This document shows positions 1 through 9,020 of a stretch of 38,143 nt of DNA, piece by piece (the first letter of the stretch is position 1; every line of letters begins with the position of its first letter). This DNA comes from Acidobacteriota bacterium (GTDB taxonomy: Bacteria > Acidobacteriota > Terriglobia > Versatilivoradales > Versatilivoraceae). Below the pieces are notes generated by a model. It was not told the origin of the DNA. It saw nothing but the letters and a program-made list of their open reading frames with translations, and did not search any database. Position numbers and translations under genes: made by a program. Where the stretch lies: the NCBI GenBank assembly GCA_003224725.1, contig QHZQ01000002.1:1-38143 (forward strand). The letters are read 5' to 3'.

Positions 1-327
1 TTCGACATGGGAGTCAAAATTGTTGTGCTCAAAGGGGGACATCAGCCGGACCGAGCAAGAACCGTCCCGGCTCAGGTGGTGGATCTCTTTTATGACGGGA
101 AAAAGACCCGGTGGGTCGAAGGCCCATTCATAGACACTCCTCATACCCATGGAACAGGCTGCACCTTTGCATCGGCGATCGCGGCAAGTTTAGCCAAGGG
201 TTTGGAACCCTATCTGGCGGTGCTGAAGGCCCGCGAATACCTGACAGATGCCTTGAAATACGCCTTTCCTGTCGGCCAGGGGAAGAGTCCGGTCCACCAT
301 TTTCATGGCTGGTGGCCGAAGGAGTGA
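1..327 (+). CDS. thiD: Hydroxymethylpyrimidine/phosphomethylpyrimidine kinase, C-terminal part (5' truncated by window)
   Basis: Motifs VVLKGGH, HTHGTGCTFASAIAASLAKG and G.G..PVHHF. The frame is open from base 1. Confidence 0.92.
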   Translation, partial: FDMGVKIVVLKGGHQPDRARTVPAQVVDLFYDGKKTRWVEGPFIDTPHTHGTGCTFASAIAASLAKGLEPYLAVLKAREYLTDALKYAFPVGQGKSPVHHFHGWWPKE

Positions 328-334
328 GGGTCGC

Positions 335-406
335 AGAGGCCGAAGATAGAGGATAGAGAATCGAGGATCGGACTCAAGGTTTGCGATCTTCGATCCTCAA
401 TCCTCG
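335..406. repeat. Inverted block of 7-bp tandem units (GAGGATM-like / ATCCTCR-like)
   Basis: cgaagat-agaggat-agagaat-cgaggat followed by cgatctt-cgatcct-caatcct, between convergent genes. Confidence 0.7.
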
Positions 407-475
407 GCAGGACGCGACCCCAAAGATTGTAAGGACTCCGGGGATCCTACGCTCTCCTTGCGTCGGGTTTCTATT

Positions 476-1873
476 TCACGTAGCGACGATCTTTAACTTG
501 GCTGCTTCCCAGGCTGAGATCCCACCGATCAGGTCGACTACATCAGTCACTCCGTGTTGTTCAAGCAGACTGGCGGCGATCGATGAGCGGTAGCCTCCAG
601 CGCAATGGACTGCCAGCTTCTTGCGGCGAGGCAGCTCGTGGAGTCGCTCCCTCAGACAACTCAAAGGAATGTTGAGGCTTCCCTCTATGCGCTTCTCCTC
701 CCATTCCCCGACGGCACGAACATCGAGGACCAGGGGCGGCTCTCGTGAAGTGAGTTGTTCGGCAAGTGCTGGTGCAGTAATGCGCTCTGTGCGCCACACC
801 AGGTCGGGGCGTGTCTCCAGAACCTGCATGCAGCCTTTGAGGTAACCTACCACATGATCGAAACCGATACGACCGAGCCGCATTGCCGCCTCCTCCTCTC
901 TCCCTGGTTCAGCAATAATCACGATTGGCTTTTCGCGATCCAGGATGGTACCGGCCCAAGTCGCAAATTTTCCTCCTAATCCGATGTTGATGCTGTCGAC
1001 CAGATGGGCTCCTGCATGGTCGGCCGGGTCGCGTGCATCTAAAAGCTGCGCTCCCGTGTTCTTAAACCGCAGGGCCTCCTCCAGCGTAAGGGGATTCAAC
1101 CCCTGCTCCAGGGTCTTTTCAAGCGTCGGCCGTTCCTTAGTGTTTAAGATCGCGTCATAAGTGAAATAGGGCGGAGCCTCGGGTTGATGGGAAGTGACCA
1201 GGCGGATGAATTCCTCCCTGGTCATGGGCTGGAGCGCATAGTTGTAGCGACGCTGTACGCCAATCGTGGAGACGGTGTCCGTGCTCAAGTTTCTGCCGCA
1301 CAGAGAACCCGCTCCGTGCGCCGGGTAGACAAGGGTTTTATCGGGGAGCCTGAGTAGCTTTTCATGCAGGGAGTCAAAGAGCAGGCCGGCCAGTTCCGTC
1401 GCCGACCAGCCCAGTGAAGCTCGCAAGTCCGGACGACCCACATCGCCAATGAAAAGGGCGTCTCCAGTAAGGACTGCGTGGGGATGGCTGGGGTCTTTAT
1501 TAAGATCGTAGACCAGGATCGAAATCGACTCGGGTGAGTGTCCTGGTGTTTCCATGATCTTGAGGCGAACCCGGCCAAACTCCAGTGCCGCACCTTCTTT
1601 AAACGGCGCGAACCCGTACTCGGCTTTGGCGCGAGCGCCCAGGCAAATCGAGGCTCCCTCGCAGTCCCGTAGCTCCAGGTGGCCGGCTATAAAATCAGCA
1701 TGGAAATGAGTAAGGAAAACGTGACGGATCCTGAGCCCATGCTGCTGGGCGTCCTGGAGGTACTGCCCGACATCACGCTGCGGATCAATGACTACAGCGG
1801 TCTGGCTTGCTTCATCTCCGATGAGATACGAGGCATGCGCGAGGCACCCCAGATAGTACTGTTTGAGGATCAT
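476..1873 (-). CDS. MBL-fold persulfide dioxygenase fused to pseudo-rhodanese and rhodanese domains (CstB/Blh-like)
   Basis: GCLAHASY, THFHADF, TPGHSPES, TGDALFIGDVGRPDL, PAHGAGSLCG and the C-terminal rhodanese active loop HCAGGYRS. RBS AAGGAG. Confidence 0.9.
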   Translation of the reverse strand: MILKQYYLGCLAHASYLIGDEASQTAVVIDPQRDVGQYLQDAQQHGLRIRHVFLTHFHADFIAGHLELRDCEGASICLGARAKAEYGFAPFKEGAALEFGRVRLKIMETPGHSPESISILVYDLNKDPSHPHAVLTGDALFIGDVGRPDLRASLGWSATELAGLLFDSLHEKLLRLPDKTLVYPAHGAGSLCGRNLSTDTVSTIGVQRRYNYALQPMTREEFIRLVTSHQPEAPPYFTYDAILNTKERPTLEKTLEQGLNPLTLEEALRFKNTGAQLLDARDPADHAGAHLVDSINIGLGGKFATWAGTILDREKPIVIIAEPGREEEAAMRLGRIGFDHVVGYLKGCMQVLETRPDLVWRTERITAPALAEQLTSREPPLVLDVRAVGEWEEKRIEGSLNIPLSCLRERLHELPRRKKLAVHCAGGYRSSIAASLLEQHGVTDVVDLIGGISAWEAAKLKIVAT

Positions 1874-2031
1874 GCTTGGCTCCTTTACGGCAATACAGCA
1901 AAGATCAAAGGAAAGCGGCTTGTTCCTTTGGTAAGGCTCTCCTGAAAATCCTCCTTAAAAGGGGGAACGCGTCTAGGGGCTGGGGGTGTTCCGGCTGACA
2001 ACTGCCCAGTCCTGCAAGAGAGTCAATGGGC

Positions 2032-2727
2032 TCAAGGTTCGGTTTGAAGCCGATATCCAACACCTGGTTCGGTGACAATATAGCGCGGTCGGGTCGGGTC
2101 CGGCTCCAGTTTGCGGCGCAGATTGCTGACGTTGACTCGTAACATGTGAACGTCGTCCTCGTAGGACATGCCACCCCAAACCTCGCGTACTAGCTGGCGA
2201 TGGGTCAATACCCTTCCGGCATGACCGACCAAGGCCTTTAGGAGGTCGTACTCAGTGGGAGTGAGCTGCACTCTGCGGTTTCGGATCAGAACCTCTCGCT
2301 GGGCCAGATCCACCTTAAGGTCACCTGCTGCGAACACAGGACCGCTTCCTTGCTTTGTAGCCCTGCGCAAGGCCGCGCGCATCCGCGCCAGCAGTTCACC
2401 CAACCCAAACGGCTTGGTGAGGTAGTCGTCAGCGCCGGCGTCAAGCACTGCGATCTTTTCGGCTTCCTGCTCACGGACTGAAAGAACAATGATGGGTGTT
2501 TGCGTCCACTCGCGTAGGCAGCGGGTCACCTCAACGCCGCCAATCCGCGGTAGGCCAAGGTCAAGGATGATCAAATCCGGCCGAACAGAGTGAGTCGCCT
2601 GCAAGGCCTCCTCGCCGGTACAGGCTTCATAGACGGAATAGCCGTGGGCCGTCAGAGACGCCCGAAGAAACCGCCGAATCCCCTGCTCGTCGTCGACCAC
2701 CAGAACTCGGGGACCGTTGTTGCCCAT
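2032..2727 (-). CDS. kdpE: OmpR-family response regulator, KdpE-like
   Basis: VLVVDDE, DLIILDLGLP, LDAGADDYLTKPF, LTPTEY and LRRKLEPDPTRPRYIVTEPGVGYR. Confidence 0.85.
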   Translation of the reverse strand: MGNNGPRVLVVDDEQGIRRFLRASLTAHGYSVYEACTGEEALQATHSVRPDLIILDLGLPRIGGVEVTRCLREWTQTPIIVLSVREQEAEKIAVLDAGADDYLTKPFGLGELLARMRAALRRATKQGSGPVFAAGDLKVDLAQREVLIRNRRVQLTPTEYDLLKALVGHAGRVLTHRQLVREVWGGMSYEDDVHMLRVNVSNLRRKLEPDPTRPRYIVTEPGVGYRLQTEP

Positions 2728-2730
2728 TCC

Positions 2731-4407
2731 TCATCTCCCCGGGCTCGCTGCGTTTGCATGCCTCGGCAGCGTAAAGGCGAAAACCGCCCCTCTGTCTACA
2801 CGAGGTTCGGCCCAGATACGCCCACCGTGAGCCTCCACAAATCCCTTGCAGATGGAAAGCCCTAAGCCCGTTCCCTCAGTGCCGGTAACTCGCGCCCCAT
2901 GACACGGTTTATCGAAGATGCCGTGGAGGTCGCCCTGGGGGATTCCGACCCCGCGGTCCGAAACCAGGATCTCGAGGTCATTCTCGGCCAAGCGGGCCTG
3001 AACTGCGATCGGCTCGTGGGCCGGAGCGTACTTGATCGCATTTTCCAGGAGATTGACCAGCACCTGGGCGATCAGCACAAAATCCATAGGCACCAAAGGC
3101 AGGTGGGCAGGAATGTCCACGGTGATCGGACGGCTTCGGGCCGCCTCCCGGAGTTGAGAAAGAGCCGCGCCGATCACGTCCTGCACATCACAGGCCTCAA
3201 CTTTGAGGCGCAGCGTGCCCGCCTCCAATCGAGTCATGTCCAGCAAGTTTCCCACGAGGCGATTCAGCCGCCCTGCTTCCTCCCGGGCGTTATCCAGCAG
3301 TTCTCGGCGAGTCACTTCGTCAAGCATGGCCTGGTCCTCGGAAAGGCTGCTTAACGTCCCCATGATCGAGGCCAACGGCGTGCGCAAACCGTGCGAAACG
3401 GAATTCAACAAAGCCTTTTGCAGTTTGTCAGCTTCCTGGAGGAGTTGGGCCTGACGGGCTTTCTGCTCGAGAAGCGCCCGTTCGGTGGCCAGAGCGGCCT
3501 GACTAACGAAGGCTTCCAGAAGTTGGCCTTGTTCCGGAGACAACGATTCGTCGCCATGCCGCGCCTTGACGGCTAACACCCCAACGACACGCAATGAGGC
3601 TGTCAGCGGCAGGTAATGCATCTCTGCTCCAGGCATGATCTCCGTTCCAGACCCTGCCTGCTGCCCGTGTTCAAGAACCCAGTTTGCCACTGTCCTTTCC
3701 TCTTCACGGAAAACGAGTCCGGGACTGCTGAAGCCTACCTCCAGACCCCCGTCCCCGGGCAATAGAATCAGGACAGGCCGCTCGAAGATTTCGCTGATTC
3801 GGTAAGCAACGACTTCGAGGATCTGGTCTAAACGGTTCACCACTGCCAGGGACCTGCTGAGCGCGTACAACGAAGCCGTGTAGGCCTCACGTCGTCTTGC
3901 TGCATCAGCCTGCTCCCTCACTTGACCCGCGAGAGTGCTGGTGACCAGGCCGACCGTCAGAAGACCGGTCAAAATAATAAAATATTTAACGTCGGAAATG
4001 GCGAAGCTGAAGAAAGGAGGTATGTAGAAATAATCGAATAGCATTGTGCCCGAGACAGCGGCAACTATAGCTGCCATGTGGCCCCAGCGCAGCGCGCTGA
4101 TCACCACCGAGAGCAGGAAGAGCATCAGAAGATTTGCGGGTTCAAGGATCGGCCGCAGTAACAAGCTGAATACAGTAGCCATTCCGATCAGAGCTAGGCT
4201 GGCCGGATATCGAACCCACCATTCGGTCTTCTGATTCTGTGATTTCGCTGCTCCATGGTCCCGCCTGGGATTCCACTGGGCTCGCGCCTCCTTCTGTTCC
4301 TTGGCCCTGGTATTCGAGGGCAACGGGTGGACTTTGGGAGACTCGGAATCACACTCCAGGGCAGGCGACGTGCGATTTGAACTCCCGGCGCTGTTCGCAA
4401 AACTCAT
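2731..4407 (-). CDS. kdpD: KdpD-like sensor histidine kinase (DUF4118 TM + GAF + HisKA + HATPase), lacking the N-terminal KdpD/Usp domains; start uncertain
   Basis: Four TM helices with FDYFYIPP, then SVSHGLRTPL, NLLDMTRLEAG, NLLENAIKY and GTGLGLSICKGFVEAHGG. Directly upstream of the kdpE-like gene. Confidence 0.8.
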   Translation of the reverse strand: MSFANSAGSSNRTSPALECDSESPKVHPLPSNTRAKEQKEARAQWNPRRDHGAAKSQNQKTEWWVRYPASLALIGMATVFSLLLRPILEPANLLMLFLLSVVISALRWGHMAAIVAAVSGTMLFDYFYIPPFFSFAISDVKYFIILTGLLTVGLVTSTLAGQVREQADAARRREAYTASLYALSRSLAVVNRLDQILEVVAYRISEIFERPVLILLPGDGGLEVGFSSPGLVFREEERTVANWVLEHGQQAGSGTEIMPGAEMHYLPLTASLRVVGVLAVKARHGDESLSPEQGQLLEAFVSQAALATERALLEQKARQAQLLQEADKLQKALLNSVSHGLRTPLASIMGTLSSLSEDQAMLDEVTRRELLDNAREEAGRLNRLVGNLLDMTRLEAGTLRLKVEACDVQDVIGAALSQLREAARSRPITVDIPAHLPLVPMDFVLIAQVLVNLLENAIKYAPAHEPIAVQARLAENDLEILVSDRGVGIPQGDLHGIFDKPCHGARVTGTEGTGLGLSICKGFVEAHGGRIWAEPRVDRGAVFAFTLPRHANAASPGR

Positions 4408-4419
4408 GATGATTCCTAA

Positions 4420-4570
4420 CGCCCTTGAATCGCTTCGAACTGCGGTTCTGTCGGCAACGGATCCCTCACCCGTCCTTCGGCCACCCTCTCCCCAGGGGAG
4501 AGGGGCTGGGAATGTGAGGACGGCAGATTAGCAAACTTGACCAAAGTTTAAACTTCGCCACCAAGGAACT
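4420..4570 (+). mobile_element. Family-A hairpin repeat element, copy 1
   Basis: CCCTCACCC..GGCCACCCTCTCCC..GGGAGAGGGGCTGGG..GGACGGCAG.TTA.CAAACTTGACCAAAGTTT is shared with 5674-5890 and 19623-19774. CTAA on both sides (4416-4419, 4571-4574). Confidence 0.75.
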
Positions 4571-4955
4571 CTAAACCCATGCTAGCACATCGTTCTGATT
4601 CTGTTGCAGGAAATTGGTTGCATGCATGGGCTTCGGTTTCGATCGCCGATCCTTGACAGATCTTTGATGCGGGGACGCCTGTTTTTGACCCACTCTTGAT
4701 ATCATTTGCCCTATAGTCGGAAATCGGAAAGAGAGCGCTGATAAAAATCGTGGATCCGGCGGAGAAAAACGCCAGATGGGAAACGCAGCAGCCAGCATCA
4801 CCAGCGCCTGAGCAGCGCCGCGAGGTTCTACACCCAAACGGACTAATCACTGGGCAACCGCAGGCCCAAGGGCACGCGGTCACGTCTGGGATCCACTGGT
4901 AGAAGAAAACAACCGCGATGGCGCAAAGGTTTCTGCAAGGAAAGGGAGGAACAAC

Positions 4956-5564
4956 ATGTCTGATGACAACTTCGTTGTGGCGGTCTACACCACCGATACG
5001 GACGTAGAGGAAGTCGTGATACTACTCCAGAAGTCCGGCTTTAACACCAAGAAACTCTCCATCGTCGCTAAGGATGACCAAACAGAGGAGCGCGCCGTGG
5101 GCTACTACATCACCGGCGGCCGAATGAAGTACTGGGGCAAGCGGGCCCCCTTCTGGGGGAGGGTATGGGGGCTGTTGGTTGGTGCGGCCTTTTTTGCCGT
5201 TCCAGGCGTTGGACCTGTGCTGGTGGCTGGACCCCTGGTGTCTTGGATAGTGGGTACATTTGAATGCACTGTCATTGCGGGCGGATTGACCACCGTCGGC
5301 GCGGGATTATACCGTATCGGCATTCCGCACAACAGCGTCCTGCAATATGAGGCCGCACTCAAGGCGAACAAGTTTGTGCTGGTGGCTTACGGCATGACAC
5401 ACGAAGTGGCCGGAGCGCTGGACATCATTCAAACAACACGCTTCACAAACTTAGCTGTGCATTCGGATGTTCGTTTGGAACGTGCGGGTACTAGACAAGC
5501 GTACACCTTAAAGACCCGGAGCATCTCTCGAAGAGATCTCGAGAAAAGCGGGCCCGCCCAGTGA
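4956..5564 (+). CDS. DUF1269/general stress protein-like membrane protein
   Basis: LQKSGF..KKLSIV.KD, GYY..G.RMKYWGK, PGVGPVLVAGPL and LY.IGIP..SVLQYEAALKA.KF. RBS GGGAGG. Confidence 0.8.
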   Translation: MSDDNFVVAVYTTDTDVEEVVILLQKSGFNTKKLSIVAKDDQTEERAVGYYITGGRMKYWGKRAPFWGRVWGLLVGAAFFAVPGVGPVLVAGPLVSWIVGTFECTVIAGGLTTVGAGLYRIGIPHNSVLQYEAALKANKFVLVAYGMTHEVAGALDIIQTTRFTNLAVHSDVRLERAGTRQAYTLKTRSISRRDLEKSGPAQ

Positions 5565-5604
5565 AGCAAACGAACACCATTTTCATCTCCAGGAGGTTAA
5601 TCCG

Positions 5605-6106
5605 AAGTCCGGCTCCAATATGAAGAAACTGTCCATCGTCGGCAAGGATTATCACACAGAGGCATGTTCTAGGGTTACTTGGTGGTGAAGAAGTTCAAAC
5701 GTCAGTCAAATTTCTTAAGCTGCCGTCCCCTCACCCAGGGAGCTTACTCAAAGCTCCCATGCCTCTCCCAATGGGAGAGGGTGGCCGAAGGTGAAGTCTT
5801 GAGAAGACTTCACGCGGTCGCGGAGGCCGGGTGAGGGGTCCGTGGCCGATAGAGCCGCACTCCTCGGCGGTGTGAGGTTGCTCGCTACAACTAGGCTGCT
5901 AGAAGGCGGGAGACCAAATGAAGTACTGGGGTAAGTTGGACACTTTCTGGGGTGGGGTATGGGGGCTATTGTTTGGAGTGGCCTTTTATGCTGCGGCCGG
6001 CTTTGGACTTCTGCAGGTAGTTGGCCTCCTGATGTCTTGGATGGTAGGTGTACTGCGGAAGCGATGGCTTGCTGCGTTCCTCGAGCGACCTGGGAAGGTG
6101 CGTTAG
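5605..6106 (+). pseudogene. Degraded paralog of the 4956-5564 gene, split by a family-A element
   Basis: 5605-5672 reads KSGSNMKKLSIVGKDYHTE-HVL. 5894 onward reads GC*KAGDQMKYWGKLDTFWGGVWGLLFG. Collinear with the upstream gene. Confidence 0.85.
5674..5890 (-). mobile_element. Family-A hairpin repeat element, copy 2, with CTAGG target duplication and two extra internal hairpins
   Basis: Reverse complement aligns with 19623-19765 and 4431-4570. CTAGG at 5669-5673 and 5891-5895. Removing it restores the host reading frame. Confidence 0.88.
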
Positions 6107-6215
6107 TTTTTAGGGCTGTCGCTGAACAGTGGGATGATCACCATTCGCTGCTTGAATTTTTTGGAAATATAGGCTCAGATAATAGTTGGACGAATTGATG
6201 GAGGTTACATAGTTA

Positions 6216-6584
6216 ATGATACATCGGCTTTTTAGAAGGTTTTGGACTCACTTCCTGATTGCCTTCGATGATAACTACACGCTGGAAGGATTTGAAAGAG
6301 CTCCGAAAAAATTTGACCTGCCTAAGAACTTCACATGGCTTGACTCACACCTGAAGAGAAAGCTAACAATTTGCAATCTTTTTGCAAATCAGAATCAATC
6401 GATAAGGAATATTGCCCGCGTGCTGGAGGTCGATTTGGGTGATGTGGTTTCAGCGCTTATTGAGGACGGCCTCATCAAAGAACGCCGAACCACGGCCGAA
6501 ATCATCAAGCAGGAAAGACGCCAGGAACGAATTCTCCCTTGGTCCCTGGCAGGACATCATCGGGTCAGACGTGGTAAGCCGTAG
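6216..6584 (+). CDS. Hypothetical protein with an HTH-like segment and ERR motifs
   Basis: GGAGG RBS then ATG. SIRNIARVLEVDLGDVVSAL resembles a helix-turn-helix. KERRT..QERRQ near the C-terminus. Confidence 0.6.
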   Translation: MIHRLFRRFWTHFLIAFDDNYTLEGFERAPKKFDLPKNFTWLDSHLKRKLTICNLFANQNQSIRNIARVLEVDLGDVVSALIEDGLIKERRTTAEIIKQERRQERILPWSLAGHHRVRRGKP

Positions 6585-6819
6585 CTGACACGAGGTAGCC
6601 AGTAAAACATCCCCTGAAAAAATTCACCTTGGAAGGCTTCGCCTTCTGTCCCTCCCTCCCTCAAAGCTGGACGGTGCCTTGGAAAGCGCAACACCCCAGA
6701 GTACAAAGGTCCTCAGACGCTCCATTAATCGCTTCCCATTGAAATTGATGAGGAAGCCTCGTTTGATGCCTGAGAGTCTTTCAAGTAAGTCAGTGGATTT
6801 GGCCTCCTGGATCTTGGCT

Positions 6820-6913
6820 CTTCATGCCCTTCATGTTCTTCATGGTAGACGGGCTTCGACGATCTTTGTCACTTGATTCGTCCACTACCATGAAGGACAT
6901 GAAGACCATGAAG
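6820..6913. repeat. 29-bp inverted repeat built from 9-bp CATGAAGNN units
   Basis: cttcatgcccttcatgttcttcatggtag (6820-6848) versus ctaccatgaaggacatgaagaccatgaag (6885-6913), 3 mismatches. Confidence 0.85.
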
Positions 6914-7109
6914 GATCAGCACGACGCTGCTCAGACCACCCACTAAGCGCTCCACATTCAGTCCAACCACTCCATTACCGTTTACTCCTGGGTGCATCCC
7001 AAAATGACAATTGAAAATTCAGAACTGAAAATCTAGACTGGGTACCTTATCAGACACTCTTGAATTTCCTATTTGGACTTTATTCTTGCACGTTCCAGGA
7101 AAGGATAGG

Positions 7110-8725
7110 ATGAAACTCAATATCAATTTCTTCTTCAAGACTTGCAGTTGGATCTTACTGACCGCCATTGGGGCTTGGGGCGCCGATCGTTACGAGCTGA
7201 AGATTGATCGTGGAGTGACCGTGAAGATGCGTGACGGCATAACCCTGCGAGCCGATATCTACAGGCCGAAAGCAGATGGCAAATTCCCCGTTTTGCTGCA
7301 ACGCACCCCTTACGACAAGAGGGGCGCTTCAGACTTTGAACTTCAGGCTGCCGCTCGCGGGTATGTCGTCATCATCCAGGATGTCCGCGGACGCTACACT
7401 TCCGAGGGCGAGTGGTACCCTTTTCTGAACGAATCTCAGGATGGCTTCGAGACGGTAGAGTGGGCCGCGGCTATGCCTTATGCAGACGGGAAGGTGGGAA
7501 TGTTTGGAGCCTCCCAGGCATCTTTCCTGTGGTTACGGCTTCCAACTACCACGATGGGTGGACTTACCAGGGTGGCGCCTTTGAACAATGGTTCAGTGAG
7601 TCCTGGACATCTGGTTTGGCCCAGGACACTCTCAATCGCCGAGTCCAGAAAAATTCCAATGCCCTGCAGTGGGTCTGGAAGCTGCCGCTGACAAACTATC
7701 CGTTCTTTGACCTCGGCAGCACGGAAGGCCTGGCGAGTTACTTTATCGATTGGCTCAAGCATCCCAGCTATGACGAGTACTGGCGGCGATGGTCGATTGA
7801 GGACTATTATTCAAAGGTGATGGTGCCCGCCTATCATGTAGGGGGATGGTACGACATCTTCATGGGGGGGACGGTGAGAAATTATGTGGGACTGAAGGCC
7901 GCAGGCGGGAGCGACGAAGCTCGACGGGGGCAGCGCTTGCTGATTGGCCCCTGGTATCACGGGCCATTTAATGGAAAGAGCGGTGAAATGGACTTCAGTC
8001 CCCAGGCCAAAGGAGATACCGACACGGGACGGAGCGAGAGAAGCCAGTCAAGATTTTTGTCATGGGCAAAAACACTTGGCGCCAGGAAGACGGTTGGCCG
8101 TTGGCTCGAGCCCGCAGCACGCGTTACTTCCTGCACTCTGGAGGAAATGCACACTCCCTGCCTGGTGGCGGAGACCTCAGGACGGCCCAGCCACAAAATG
8201 AAGGTCCAGACACTTTCATTTACGACCCGGCAGAACCTGTGCTGACCCGTGGAGGTGGGTTGTGTTGTGATAACGATCGTCTTGCTTCGGGCGTCTTTGA
8301 TCAAAGACCGATTGAGGCACGAGGCGATGTCCTGATTTATTCAACCCCAGTTTTCAAAGAAGATTTCGAGGTGACCGGGCCTGTCTCGCTGGAACTCTAT
8401 GCCAGCTCTTCGGCCGTGGATACCGACTTTACGGCCAAGCTGGTGGACGTCTGGCCCAATGGATTTGCCCAAAACTTGACGGACAGCATTCTCCGGGCGC
8501 GCTACCGATAAGTTCACCATCGATCTCTGGGCTACCAGCAATGTCTTCCTGGCCGGTCATCAGCTGAGGTTAGAAATTTCCAGCAGCAATTTTCCGCGTT
8601 TTGATCGCAATTTGAACACTGGAGAGGATCCAAGCCAAGCCACGCGACTGCTGAAGGCGAATAACACAATCTACCATGACCGCGAGCATCCATCGGCCCT
8701 GCTATTGCCGGTATTACCACAGTGA
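7110..8725 (+). pseudogene. CocE/NonD (peptidase S15) hydrolase in four fragments separated by deletions
   Basis: MRDGITLRADIYRP, RTPYDK, QDVRGRYTSEG | GGWYDIF, LIGPWYHG | YDPAEPV, DTDFTAKLVDV | IDLWATSNVF..LEISSSNFPRFDRN..HPSALLLPV*. Frame breaks near 7514, 8023 and 8508. Confidence 0.9.
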
Positions 8726-8774
8726 AGAAATGCACTATTGAGACTAACTACTTGACACACTGACTTCGGCAAAC

Positions 8775-8873
8775 AGGGCGAGCCTCCTGGCGAGCCATCG
8801 CCCCAGCAAATCCTTGCTCCATGAGGCTCGGCGGGAGCCTCGCCCTCCAGATCTCGGCCGGTTGGGGATTTTC
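8775..8873 (+). repeat. Family-B palindromic repeat (GGCGAGCCTCC..GAGCC / GGCTC..GGAGCCTCGCC)
   Basis: Closely matches 16565-16663, the interior of the MITE, but lacks the intact TIRs. Confidence 0.85.
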
Positions 8874-8929
8874 AGGACGGCGACTGCCGCGAACCGGAGG
8901 AGGTAGCAGTCCTCTAACGAATAACGAAT

Positions 8930-9000
8930 CGTGCTCTTGCTCGTACTCGTGCTTTTGCTCGACTTCAAAACCGAGCAAAAATAACAGACTCGAGCACGAA
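8930..9000. repeat. Inverted block of 6-bp tandem units (CTCGTG-like / CGAGCA)
   Basis: tcgtgc-tcttgc-tcgtac-tcgtgc-ttttgc-tcg, then ccgagcaaaa and ctcgagcacga. Confidence 0.65.
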
Positions 9001-9020
9001 TCCGCCTAATACCTACAATT

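Noticed and set aside
4548-4883. ORFs 4548-4883 and 4571-4837
   Set aside because: No recognisable motif or clear RBS, and 4548-4883 ends inside a repeat. More likely divergent promoter DNA.
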